Shown: positions 1 to 12,700 of the stretch, in pieces
Numbering within the stretch: the stretch's first letter is position 1
How the letters are laid out: each line of letters begins with the position of its first letter
Source of the DNA: Raja brachyura
Lineage: Eukaryota
Length of the DNA: 64,000 bases
NCBI GenBank assembly: GCA_963514005.1
Contig: OY740807.1
Location: 12,338,001-12,402,000 of the forward strand
Direction of reading: 5' to 3'
Notes under the pieces: generated by a model
Seen by the model: only the letters and a program-made list of their open reading frames with translations
Told to the model about the DNA's origin: nothing
Database searches by the model: none
Made by a program: the position numbers and the translations under genes

Positions 1-82
1 GACCTTCTATTTTTTTTTTTTTTGCTTTTTGCTTCAACTTTAGTTGGACTAGTTTACCCAGCTGGGAGAAAATGGTAGACAT

Positions 83-1308
83 AAAGGACTGCAGGTGCTG
101 GTATACAAAATAGACACAATGTGCTGGAACAACTCGGCAATGTTTTTAGGTCATGTTCTCCATAGATGTCTAACAAGGGAGGGACAGAGACTTCTGGATA
201 GGAGAGATATAATAATGTTATCGCATAAAGTCCCACAAGGCTTTCCACATTCCCCACCTTAATTCCCCTGATGTTAGGGTGACTCCTGATACCTATTGCT
301 AGAGGTTCCAGAGTAATATCAAAGAGTAGGGGGGACAGAGGATCTCCCTGTCTAACCCCACGTTGTAAGTCAAAAGGTTCAGATTTATCATTATTAGTGA
401 GAATGGCTGATGTCGTACAAAGATACACCATTTTGACCCATGCAATAAAGGAATCCCCAAACCCAATTATTTTAAGTGCTTCTAACATATAGGGCCACTC
501 TATCTGGTTGAACGCTCTTTCGGGATCTAAGGATAAGATGGCCGCTCTGGAATCCCCCCTCTTGGTGGAACTATATAGATTATTCAGGAGTCGACGCACA
601 TTACAAAATGAAAATCTACCTGGAATAAACCCTGTTTGGTCAGGGTGTATAATTGATGAAATATGCTTCCCCAGTCTATTAGCTAATATTTTTGTGATAG
701 TCTTTTGATCAAAGTTGAGGAGAGCAATTGACCTATATCTGCCAGGTTCAATTTTATCCTTGTCTTTTTTTAACAGGATGCATATATTTGCCTCATACAG
801 GGACTTCGGAAATCTGTTCTTAATCGAATCATTGATCATCCTAATTAGAAGTGGGGCAAGCCACTTATGAAATGCTTTGTTGAATTCACAACCAAATCCA
901 TCCGGTCCAGCCGCTTTACCGGAGGGAAAAGATTTAATAGCCTCAACTAGCTCGCTTTCTAAGAAATTTGAGTCCAGTTCTAGCCTGGCTGATTCATCTA
1001 GTTTTGGCAAACTAAGGGAGTCAAAGAGAACTGCAAAATCTGTATTAGTGGCCTGAGTTTTAGCAGTATAATTCTGAGTAAAATACTTTGAAGCGGTTGT
1101 TTATTTCTTTAGGATTGGTAAGCAAATCACCTGTTTTGGATTTAATTTTATGGATTGCACGACTCGCCTGTTCCCCTTTTAATTGTCTGGCCAGCAGCCT
1201 CTCTGGTTTATCGCCCAACTCAAAGGACTGCAGGTGCTGGTATACAAAATAGACACAATGTGCTGGAATAACTCGGCAATGTTTTTAGGTCATGTTCTCC
1301 ATAGATGT
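83..1308. repeat. 87-bp direct duplication (83-169 and 1222-1308) flanking the L1 fragment
   Basis: aaaggactgcaggtgctgg...ctccatagatgt occurs twice with one mismatch. Confidence 0.9.
170..1221 (-). mobile_element. L1-clade LINE ORF2 internal fragment (reverse transcriptase region), truncated at both ends
   Basis: ORF 54..1010 carries KAAGPDGF, YRSIALLNFDQK, IHPDQTGF and RGVRQGDPLSPLLF, and the YADD motif is degraded to YAI. No poly-A tail. Confidence 0.9.
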
Positions 1309-2926
1309 TGCCCGACTCACTCACTTGCTCCAGCATTTTGCGTCATTTATTTTGGGTGAAAGACGGTGACTGGTACAGTACAGTAATATTTTCCCAGCAG
1401 CTCCCTCCCGACAGTCAGTGACCGCATTTTCTGGTGACTATGAAAACTATGCTTGTTGATTAAAATGCTGTCTGGGTCGCAGTTGATGGCTGTTAATTTA
1501 ACTAATTGTTCTTGGCTTGATTTGTGTGGTCATTGCTTGGAATGTAAGGTAATCTAGTTAGTCGTCATCTGTGCAGCCAAGATATAATAATTGAGGAGGA
1601 TTTGATAACCTTTTAACATACATAATCCATTGTGCCAGCGAAGTAACTTGGAAACTGAATCACAATCCTTTCTGAAATTGTGTGATTCTGTAATTGGCAT
1701 GCTGCTTCCAGTATACACAGCAAACCAAGTCGTATTTCCTATTTTCTCAGTAGTAAAGTGACAGATCTGAATGTCTTTACTTTTAATCAATTTTATCCTT
1801 CGCTGTTCTAGAAGACTCAATTATAGGAAACTTCCCCATTACCTTGCCTGAGTGACATCAATGAGTAAATAGGTTACTTTTAATTAGGGGTTGCCAGCAA
1901 ATGTCGGGATATTCACACAAATTAGAAATCGTTGTTTCCTCTTTCCTCCGTAAGTAGAGTGCTGGAAGCAGTTGTAGTGCCCCAGCTGGTGTAGCACCTA
2001 AGGACAGCTAATGGGACAGGACAGAGTCAAACCCATCACCACCTGGTGTGTGACCTGCTTCACATCATCAGCACCCTGCTGCAACAACTTGTGAGGAGAA
2101 GATGGCATTTGTTTAAAAGTCAAAATGATTTTATTATCACATTGCTGTGCAAGCAATGCAAGACCTGGAGAGTAGAAACAAGGAACTGTAGATGCTGGTT
2201 TACGTAAAATGACAGTGCTGGAGTAACTCAGAGGGTCAGACAGCATCTCTGGCGAACATCGATGGGTAATGTCTTGAGTTGGGACCCTTGACCAGAAATG
2301 TGCCTATCTCCAGAGATACAATCTGACCCGCTGAGGTACTCCAGCTCTTTATATCCAAACCTGGATAGACTCTTTGATTCGATTTGAAACTTGGCTTATC
2401 TAGTTTGTTTAGAAAAAAATGAATACGGCTTATATGTACTACATGCAGACAAAAATATGCTATGAACATAAAGCACGAGACAAATGTTCAAGCGTTGGAA
2501 TTTAATGCTTAGTGATCGGATTGCAGTTACCTGGGAAACGGGGCTGATTTACTAGAGAGTACATTCTGGTGAGCACTCTGTTTTGGTTTCTTTCTTCTGA
2601 CATCAAAACAGTAAATGTCCAGAGAGCATAGATTTGATTTGCTGAGCATTTCGGGAAAACCTTGTGAAAATGGTTATTTAAAAAAAGACAAGTGCTTAAG
2701 TGAATGGGTGCATGTTTGTGAGGGGAATCCATAACCACTTAAGATGCTGATGAACTTTGTTGTCGATAAATGAGCTTGTCAGTTTTTGCAAAAATCCTTT
2801 TTAAACTTAAAACTGTTGCAGCACCACTTTTGGAGGAATAATCACTTGTTTGCATTAGCTTGTGGTTAACCTGACCTAAACCGAGATAAGGTGTTAACTC
2901 ATATCTCATTTCAAATTGTTTATCAG

Positions 2927-3058
2927 CATCTAGCAGGAAATCTGCATCTCCAAAGCACAATCGCTCGGGTCCAGGGACCTCTCTGTCCCTCCGCAGAGCA
3001 CTGGATTGTGTGGATAAAGATCTCCATTGCCAAGAGAACTGTCAAGTCGCCACAGCAG
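2927..3058 (+). CDS. TRIM37: TRIM37 internal coding exon (C-terminal region)
   Basis: tttatcag| acceptor and |gtaact donor, phase 1-1. Encodes SSRKSASPKHNRSGPGTSLSLRRALD, which matches the recalled TRIM37 motif KKSNSPK...GSLSLRRAVD. Confidence 0.88.
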
Positions 3059-3882
3059 GTAACTGTTGTACTGTTTCGTACCTCTGCTTTATTTTGATAC
3101 TTTTTAATAAGATGGTAACCAGTATTTCTGGCTGCAGAAGGAGAGATGCATTCAGAAAGGAACGTACCCTTGCAAATTATTAAAGCAAAATCACTTTGCA
3201 AGTGCTATATTATGTTAATTATTGCTTGAAGTACAGCATGATTTTTATTTTGCTTGAGCACTGCAAGTTTAGGTCAAAAATTCTAATTATAAGTGACATG
3301 CTGTAAGATGCAAAATGTCCTCTCTTCCAACCTTGTTCCAAAGTCAAATTAGACATAAAAAGCTGGGATACCTCGGCAGGTCAGGCAGCATCACTTCAGA
3401 CTGAAAGCTCAGTCTGAAGAAGGGTCTCTACCTAAAACGTCACGTATTCCTTTTCTCCAGAGATGCTGCCTGACCTGCTGAGTTACCCCAGCCTTTTGTC
3501 TATCTTCGATTTGAACCAGCATCTGCAGTTCCTTCCTACTAACTTGTTCCAAGGTCACACGTGTTTGACTGGAAACAGGAATAAACTGATTGCAATTTAA
3601 TGTACCATGTTCCCTGATGCAGTCCACTTCTGGTTATTACTGCTCTTCCTTTTGAAACCAACTGTTGAAATCTGTACATACATCAACACCTGGTGCAATG
3701 AATTTTTAGTATTTCTAAAAATGTAAACATTACATGGAGATTAACAAGATGTAAACAACAACATTTAACCTTAAACATATAAATATCAATGTTAGTGCAA
3801 GCTAGAGCATATTGGGGATATATCATGGACTGTTATTTGGAGAAGGATGGGAATGTATCTTTTAATACACTATAATTTCTAG

Positions 3883-4069
3883 GTTCAACAAAATCTAACA
3901 GTAGACAAGGATCCCCACACTCTATAAACAAATCCAATGATTCCGAGGTAACATCAATGGGCAAGGCGGATGATAGGCCTTCAGCCACTGCTGCTTCTGA
4001 AATGTTTGGCTCCTCAACATTGAATGGATTGACATCACTGGAGACGTCACGGAAAATTGTTACAATAGG
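3883..4069 (+). CDS. TRIM37: TRIM37 internal coding exon
   Basis: tttctag| acceptor and |gtgaga donor, phase 1-2, open frame GSTKSNSRQGSP...RKIVTIG (recalled human GSRHSSP...RKMVTLG). Confidence 0.85.
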
Positions 4070-4719
4070 GTGAGAGTACAAAGTGTCTATTTGGCACCCT
4101 TCTTCCTCTTTGCTGCCTTGGGTTAAAAATAAAATTGCAGGCAACTATTTTATCTTTCTTTTGCCTAATGCTGCATTTTATCCACTAATTCCACCTCGAG
4201 GGAGGTATTTTTTAACCATTTTACCTCAAGCATAACTTTTGTGCATGATTCACTGTTCAAACCTGTATCTCTTTTCAGCAGGACTGGAACTAATGGAGTT
4301 GTCCTTTAGGACGGAATGCAGTTTGAATTTATATTGCTGTTTATCATGTTTGAGTGATGACTGACTTTTGAAATGTAGCATCTTCTTTTGACATGCGGCT
4401 GCAAATTTATCTACAATTGATCCCAAAGGCAGCTAATGAGGTAGATGACTGGATAATTTGCTAATTGTGGTAATTAAAGAGGAAATGGGAGGAGAATATC
4501 AACTCAACTACTGCATAATCTTCAATATTCCACTTGCGCTATTGAGTTGGGTTCAGTACTTTTGGTACCTTTGCCAGTGCAGTACTATAATGTTTGTATA
4601 CTCGTTCAAATCCTGATTTTCGGCTTGAATTTGGTATTCTCCCCTCTGGGTTGTAATATTTAATGATTCTTTACCACATGCACTGAGATGAAGTGATTTT
4701 TTTTTGCATGCAGCTCAGT

Positions 4720-6600
4720 AGTCATAGAGTGATACAGTGTGGAAACAGGCCCTTCGGCCCAACTTTCCCACACCAGCCAACAATGTCCCAGCTACACTAG
4801 TCCCACTTGCCTGTGCCTGGTCCATATCGCTCCAAATCTGTCCTATCCATGTACCTGTCTAACTGTCTCTTAAACGATGGGATAGTCCCAGCCTCAACTA
4901 CCTCCTCTGGCAGCTTGTTCCATACACCCACCACCCTTTGTGTGAAAAGGTTACCCTGGATTCCTGTTAAATCTTTTCCCCTTCATCTTGAACCTTTGTC
5001 ATCTGGTTCTCGATTCCCCTATTCTGGGCAAGAGACTGTGCATCTACCCCAATCTATTCCTCTCATGATTTTGTACACCACCATAAGATTCTCCCTCATC
5101 CTCCTGCGCTCCATGGAATAGAGACCTGGCCTAAACCTCTCCCTACAGCTCACACCATCTGGTGCTGGCAACATCCTCGTGAATCTTTCCTGAACCCTTT
5201 CAAGCTTAACAATATCATTCCTATAACATGGTGTCCAGAACTGAACACAATATTCTAAGTATGGTCTCACCAACATCTTGTACAACTGCAACATGACCTC
5301 CCAACTTCTATACTCAATACTCTTGACACTTGATGACCAAAATACCAAAAGCCTTATCTACCTGTGACTGGACCTTCAAGGAACCATGCACCTGTATTCC
5401 TAGATTCCTCTGCTCTACAACACTACCCAGAGGCCTACCATTTACTGTGTAGGTCCTGCCCTTGTTTGATGTCCCAAATGCAACATCTCACACTTTTCTG
5501 TATTAAATTCCATCAACCATTCCTCCGCCCACCTGGCCAATCGATCCAGATCCTGCTGCAATCTTTCACAACCATCTTTACAATCTGCAAAAGCACTCAC
5601 TTTTGTATCATCAGCAAACATGCCAATCTTGCCCTGTATGTTCTCATCCAAATCATTGATGTAGGTGACGGGCCCAGCACCGAACACTGAGACATACCAC
5701 TAGTCACAGGCCTCCAGTCCGAGAAGCAACCTTCCACCATCACCACCTGCTTCCTTCTATGGAGGTAATTTGTTATCCATTCAATTATCTCTCCTTGGAT
5801 CCCATGCAATCTAACCTTCCAGAGCAGCCTTCCGTGCGGAACCTTGTTGAATGCCTTACTGAAATCCATATACCCAAGATCAACAGTTCTGCGCTCATCG
5901 ACCTTTTTGATCAAGTCTTCAAAAAAATCAATCGGATTTGTGAGACATGACCTGCCAAGTACAAAACCATGCTGACTGTGCCTAATCGGGCCTTGCCCAT
6001 CCAAATGCCTGCATAACCTATCCCTCAGAATACTCTCCAGTAATTTTCCAACTGCAGATGTTAAGCTCATCCAGCCAATAGTTCCCAGTATTTTCCCTGC
6101 AGCCCTTCTTGAAAAGAGGCACAACATTTGCCACCCTCCAGTCTTCCGGCACCTCTCCTGTATTGAAGGGCCACTCGTAAATTTCAACCAGGACTCCCGC
6201 AATTTCATCTCTAGTTTCCCGCAATGTCCTCAGATATATCTGATCAGGTCCTGGAGATTTGTCTGTCTTCATGCACGCCAGTACCTTCAGTACTTCTTCG
6301 ACAGTAACAGTGACTGCTCTCAAGACACTTCCATTGACTGCCCCAAGTTCCTCCGTCCTACTGTATATCTCCTCAGTAAATACAGAGGAGAAATACTCAT
6401 TGAGGACCTTGCCCATCTCCTGTGGCTCCACACTGAGGTGACTGCTTTGATTCCTGAGAGGTCCCACTCTCTCTCTCTATTTACCCTTTCCCCCCTTCTG
6501 CATTTATAAACTATTTTGGGTTTGTCCTTAATGCTACCCACCAGAGCTATCTCCTGGCCCCTTTTTGCCCTTCTGATCTCCTTTTTCAGTTTACTCCTAT
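4720..6600 (-). mobile_element. CR1 (HER1-like) LINE, 5'-truncated, frameshifted ORF2 plus 3' tail
   Basis: ORFs 6018..6467 (KSPGPD, VPEDWRVANVVPLFKKG), 5597..6208 (QHGF, YMDFSKAF), 5442..5687 (FADDTK) and 5019..5348 (LVRPYLEYCVQFW). Confidence 0.92.
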
Positions 6601-7506
6601 AAATTACTACTGTACATAAATGCAATCCCAGATTAAGTGCAACGTGTATAGAAATAGCCCATACAGGAGTTGCCAGGTTTGGTGTCATTTTAGTCCAAGC
6701 TGCAGCTGACTGCAAAAGACCATTCCATCTGGATAGTTCAGCAAATATTATCAATTGAGCCAAGATGATGTTTAATTTCCAATGAATTGTGTGTGAGTGT
6801 AAATGTCATTTAAAAGGCCTACCATTCCTAGCCCTTTTTGCATTTGCGCATAGGAAAGCTTTAACATCCATTTGTAATTGTCCTCATGGTGATGGTGAAC
6901 TATCTTCATGCAATGCTGCCATCTCAGTGAAGGTCCTTAAATAATACTACTGGCAAATGAATGACAGGACTTGGATCCACTGACAATGAATGGGTGTTGA
7001 CTTGAGTTTGATCCTGACTTTCAAGGTTGTCTGTGTAGTTTGCACTTCCTCAATGTGATTGTGTGGATTTCTTTGAGGTACTTTGGTTTCCTCCCACATC
7101 TCCAAAAACAAATTTGTGAGTTGGTAGGTTAATTGATCACTGCAAATTACCCTTTGTGCTAGATGAAATGGTAGAATTTTATGGGAATATAGGGAGAATA
7201 AAATGGGTCGTGATAAGGTTAGTGTGAAAATGGGTGCTGAAAGGTAGGGCCTTTTCTCTGAGATATCAATGCTTCTGTGCAACATGGAGGGGGCAGGTTG
7301 TGCTCTCTATGTTTCTGCTGTTGTTATTTTAATGGTGGTCAACATGAGATTCGATAGAACTCTTTATCATGTTCCTGTAGTAGGATCTTGTATGGGATGC
7401 ACAAATGTAGTATTTTCCCAACAAGACTAGTTTTGGAGTGAAATAGCTTGGAGTGATTGGTTTAAAAGCTATTTTATTAACCTTCCCTATGATTATCTGG
7501 TTCCAG

Positions 7507-7622
7507 ATCAATGTCCCAGTGCTCTTTCACGGATAGACAGCAACATTCTGACACCGAGAATGCAATCACTTTGTCAATGCAGGCTTCGACTCTTGAGTGT
7601 GCCTCAACCAGGCCAGAAGAAG
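7507..7622 (+). CDS. TRIM37: TRIM37 internal coding exon
   Basis: ttccag| acceptor and |gtaaag donor, phase 2-1. Ends LECASTRPEE (recalled human PEGASAAPEE). Confidence 0.82.
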
Positions 7623-9650
7623 GTAAAGTCTCACTAGGGAAATTATTGAGGAAATGTCAAGAAGCTTGTCCTTTTAACAATAGATTATGTGGAAGACTGG
7701 CCAAGCAGCAGTGTTCCTTGCACAATTTAACAGGAAGTGTCATAAGGGCAATTTTGAAACCATTCCATCGTGAGATGCAACTAGATCTCAATCGACTCAT
7801 AGTGTCATGATGCTTTATTTTGCTGAGCTAAATGCTGGAGTATTTCAGTGGGACAGATAGCATCTCTGATAAAAGGAATGGGTGACGTTCCTTCTAGCAA
7901 TTCCTACTATCCAGAGATGCTGCCTGTCTTGCTGAGTTACTCCAGCATTTTGTGTCTTATCATCTACAGTTCCTTCATAAACATTTAATGTTCAGGGCCT
8001 CTTGTTATAGAATGTCAATTCTTTTGGCTATTCAGATGATGCTTTGAAGATATTATGACTCTGAGCCTATAAATCCCTGCAGCCTTGCAACATGCAGCTT
8101 TCCTCCATTCCAAGTATATTTATTACTTTTATTATTTTCTGAGTTGCAACCCCAAGCTCTGACATGGAAATGCATCTGATACAATTTTACCCATTCCTCT
8201 TCCTTTTTGTCTTAAATTATTCCTTGTCTTCTATCTCAGAATTGTCTGTACATTTGGGTGCTATTGCCCAAGGCTCCATGTCCACTTCACAATGCACATT
8301 GAACAGAAGCATTTCCAGAACAGAACTTTTAAGGGAAACCGCTGCCCATTTTTAGTTTTTAATCTGAGAAAATGCCCATAAATCCTATGTTTTAATTCTG
8401 TTTTCTCCTTCCTGAAGCAACTTGTAATCCTCTTCCTGTTTGACTGACTGACTGGCAGTTATCCAGGTTCCTCTTTAAAATACCAGTAGTTCTGCTATGC
8501 TGCACAAATTGGATGTAAGACGACTGAATTGGGGAACACTTCGTATTAGGGCAAATTCGTTATAACACAATCTCTGGCAGGAAATAGAGAACCATTTAAA
8601 AATTACTTTGATGTGCAGTAAAAATGCTGTCATGGAAGGTAACAGTCTATGGAAACGAAACTAACTCAACATAGACACTCACCCTGCACTAATCCCACCA
8701 TTGCCTCTTTTGAACACCAGTAGCGCTAGGTTGTACATACCTCTTCCAAAACTCTATGCATCACACCATATGTCCCAAGGTTTGACATATTTATTACACA
8801 TTGGTCCTCTGGGTTTGATTAAACAACAATCCTGCTGTAAACAACTGCTCATTCAGATTAGCATGATTGAAACGTCCAAAACATCTTGTCCTGTGCAGGG
8901 AGAACACAAACATAATGGATATGGAAATGTCACCTTGAAATTTGCAACTGTTCAAGTAGTTCCACCGGCACTTCAGGCTGATTGCATTAAGCATTAAAGC
9001 AAATTGCTCATGTTGTACATGTCACAGGAAGTAAAAATGTAGTTTTATTGTTCTTGTACTATGTTAATATTGCGCACAGATTGGGCAATAAATTCCCATA
9101 AATTGTCAAATAAGCATGGCCTCTTGAACATAACCTTAATGCAGGGAAACTGGTGTTTACTATATTCTGTCAGAATTTTCATAGATATATCGATGTGCAA
9201 TCACAATGCATCGTAAAGAAACGTGCAATATACTTCAATTGATGTCATAGTAATTCATATTAATCATTGCCATCCTTGCCACCCGTGTGCCAGAAGAGAA
9301 TTTGTAGCTATAAGCTGATTATAAGTCATGTAACTCTGCAGGTGGAGCACCTGTTGGTTCAACTACCTTGTGTTGATATGTCATTGCTTTGGAGTAATCG
9401 TGTCAAATTATGAGGATGTAAACTATGATTCTTGCTGGTAATTTACTCTGATATATGATACACATTATTGTCATACAACATTTCTGACATGCTTCAGCTT
9501 TTGTGTACATTATGCAGCTGTAAGCTAATTGTGAGTTTATTAACACCAACAATCAAAAGTTTCATTACTACCTGACTATGTATTTGATGACTCTTGCTTT
9601 TGCACAGGTGGGGAGTATCGATGCATAACGCTGTGTTTTTTTCCCCCCAG

Positions 9651-9794
9651 TTATGTCACTTCAGAAGACAATCCTTCGTTTATTACCTGGAATGAGTACT
9701 GATAGTGAGAGCGAATGTGATACTGAGAATGAGCAGGAAGAAAGCATAGCCACAGAGGTGGTGACTCATAATGCTGCAGTTCAGAGCTCTGAAG
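9651..9794 (+). CDS. TRIM37: TRIM37 penultimate coding exon
   Basis: ttttccccccag| acceptor and |gtatgg donor, phase 1-1. Contains GMSTDSESECDTENEQEE (recalled human GMSSDSDIECDTENEEQEE). Confidence 0.88.
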
Positions 9795-12700
9795 GTATGG
9801 AAGCAGAGTTACACACTGGAATCTTGATTTTCATTCTTGAAAGGACGCAGTCACTAACCTTTTTTAATTACCCTTCAATTATCTTTTTAAGTTTGCACAT
9901 TGAAATAATCAGGAATATGGCTCGCTCCGGTTGTGTGCACGAGCAAGATAGTGGGATTAATGCAAGAAATGTTGCACATAAGGACACAAAGTGCTGTAGT
10001 AACTCAGTGGGTCAGGCAACATCTCTGGACCTGCTGAGTTACTGCAGCAGTTTGTCTCCATAGATGCTGCCTGACCTGCTGAGTTGCTCAAGCACTTTAT
10101 GTCCTTTTGCGCAAGCCAGCATCTGTGGTTCCTTGTTTCTACATTTTGAATGTGCGCGAAGGTCAGTTGGTAGCAGTAATGAGAACAGATAGATTATAGT
10201 ATTGTGGGAGTGTGACCCAAACTGCTCGGAAGCTTCTGCACTGGATTGAACTTGATTAATTTTCACTGTGGATTTCTAGTTGCCTTTCAATGTTTAACAA
10301 CGGGGCAGTGTGCAGCAATTTTTCCCCCATATTAGGACAGACATATCAATGAAAATAGAGCATCACTCTTTAAAAGGAGGCGTGGTGACTGCCTGAATCT
10401 GCAAAATGAGCAACAAACAAAAGTGCTGAAGGAACTCTGTAGGTCATGCAGCATCTATGGATGGATACAGACATTTCTGCCTGATTCAGAGTTCATCCAG
10501 AACTCTCTTTTACTCAAGATTCCAGCATCTCCAGTCCCTTGAATCTTTAAAATTGCAATATGGGTCTCCATGTGAACCAAGCGGCAAAACTAAGTGACCC
10601 AACGTCTACAAATTGTAGGTCATAGAATTGAGGTGAGGGGCGAGAGATTTAAAAAGAACCTGAAGAGTAACCTTTTCACATGGGACGGTGTATAGATGGA
10701 ATGAGCTCTCAGAGGAAACTGAAGTAGAGCAATGTTTAATAAGCATTTGGGGACATGGATGGATAATGTTAAGAGGAACATGGGTTTAGACATCTTGGCA
10801 GGCATTGATGAGTTGGGCCGACAGGTCTGTTTCCTTGCTGTATGACTCTGATTCTGTGACCGACCATTTTGTCTAGTTTCAAAGCTTTGCTCTCTGGAGC
10901 CAAGTCTCTAGCCATGCTGGTACAGTTTAATTACAACACTGAAATTTGTGCACCAATCTAGAAAATTGTCGAGGTGAATCACTCCACAAAAAGCAGAATA
11001 AATCAAGTCCAGCTTTCTTCTTTGCTCTCCATCAGTAAAATGATGGATGTTAACATTGCTGTCAGGGTGCACTTGCTAATAAATTGCTCTCTAATGCAAT
11101 TGTTTGGGTTTTGCCAAGATGGCTCCATTTATCCAGGGACCAGAAAGGTGGATTCCAGAAGCAAGCTGCGAATTGCTGTCCAAGTTTGATGGCAAAGTGT
11201 CTTGGTAAAATCGAAGTCAGTGGGAATTGGAGGGAGGGTGGGATGGAGTGGGGGGTGGGGGCGGGTAGTTGGAGTCTTACTTGGCATAAATGAAAATAGT
11301 TGGAGATTGGTCATCTTGTCTCCAGGATATCATCAAAAACAAAGTTCAATGCCCTGTAATAAGGACAGAATGTGCATGATCGTCATATCCACATCAATTT
11401 GCAGTTATTCAGAAAATAAGATGCAGTGGTAGATTACGTTCAGCTCTGACGGCTGCTTAAAAAAATATATCTGCTACAGAGAGAGTGTTGCATAGATTCA
11501 CTAGCTTAGTTCCCTAAAATGGTGGGCTTATCGATTGAGGAGGCTAGACCTTAATTTGTCAGAGCTTGGAAAAATGCATGGTAGTATTGCTAAAACATAC
11601 AGAATTGTTAAAAGGCTCAACAAGAGAGATAAAGGCAGGATGACCTAATAAATAGGGAGCCATGGTATCAAAATAACGAGTAGATTGGTTAGGATGAGCA
11701 GGAAATACTTCTTCATGCACAGTGGTGTATCTTCAGAATGCTGTCTTCCAAAACGCCTACCCACCTTCTGTGCAATATAATACTATTTTTCCAGATGAGT
11801 GCAGCTCCAGCAATATTCAAATAGGTCAAACACGATCAGGATTAAGCAGTTCACTTGACTGACACCTCATTGACCAGCACACCCCACTGTGCTGAGAAAA
11901 TGTCTGCAGTAGGATATAAAGTGTTGGAAGATCCTGGAGGCTAGTGTCCTGCTCTGCCTTAACTGAAGGAATGGCCATCAAAAGGCCAAAGTAGGTTCGA
12001 CCATGCTTTTTAGATGTAAGATTAAAGCAGCCAAACTAAATCTGGGCCAAGCAAACCTGAAAATAAAAGGAAAATTAAGGCAAATCAGTAGAAACAGAGG
12101 CTTGCTAGGAAACAGAAGTTTGGAACTCTGTTAAAAGCTGGGATGGAAAAAGGTAAGATTGATGGCCTTCTGACTGGTCTTTTAGCCTCTTTGGAATCAT
12201 TGTTGTTGGACAGGCCACACAGTCAGAAAAAGCAAAATAGTAGGAGGAGGCAGTGAAGCCCTCTGCACGTCCCTGTGGTCCTACCCCGATCTGACAGAGC
12301 TTGATCCATTGTAGAGTGTCTGTTCCTTTAAAATGGGGATGGGGCTGGGGCTCCAAGGCTCAAGTGTAAGCAATCCCCATCCTCAGTGTATTATCTGAGA
12401 AAACATTACTGGTTGACCTTCTGGTAGAGGAGGAAATGTACAGAGGGAAAAGGCCGATGCAGAAGCTACTTTGATACATGAAAATCCTAATCAATTGGTG
12501 CTCTCAGGGTGATTGGAGGGGAGTGATTGTTATCCTGATCTTTCGTTAAACATGCAGACTGCTTCCCCACAGACCTGCAGCAGCTCTGCTTAGCATGGGA
12601 AGATGTTATAAAAGGTGGATATACTTGAGTCATTTTGCACAATTTGCTGCGAAGCTGTTGTCCTGGTTACTTGACAGCTGTACTGAAGTAAAAGGCTGAT

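Noticed and set aside
54-169. C-terminal part of the 318-aa ORF as a novel RT fusion protein
   Set aside because: It is chance read-through from the broken L1 fragment into the duplicated flanking repeat, and the catalytic YADD motif is destroyed.
3833-4144. 103-aa minus-strand ORF
   Set aside because: It is the antisense shadow of the TRIM37 exon at 3883-4069.
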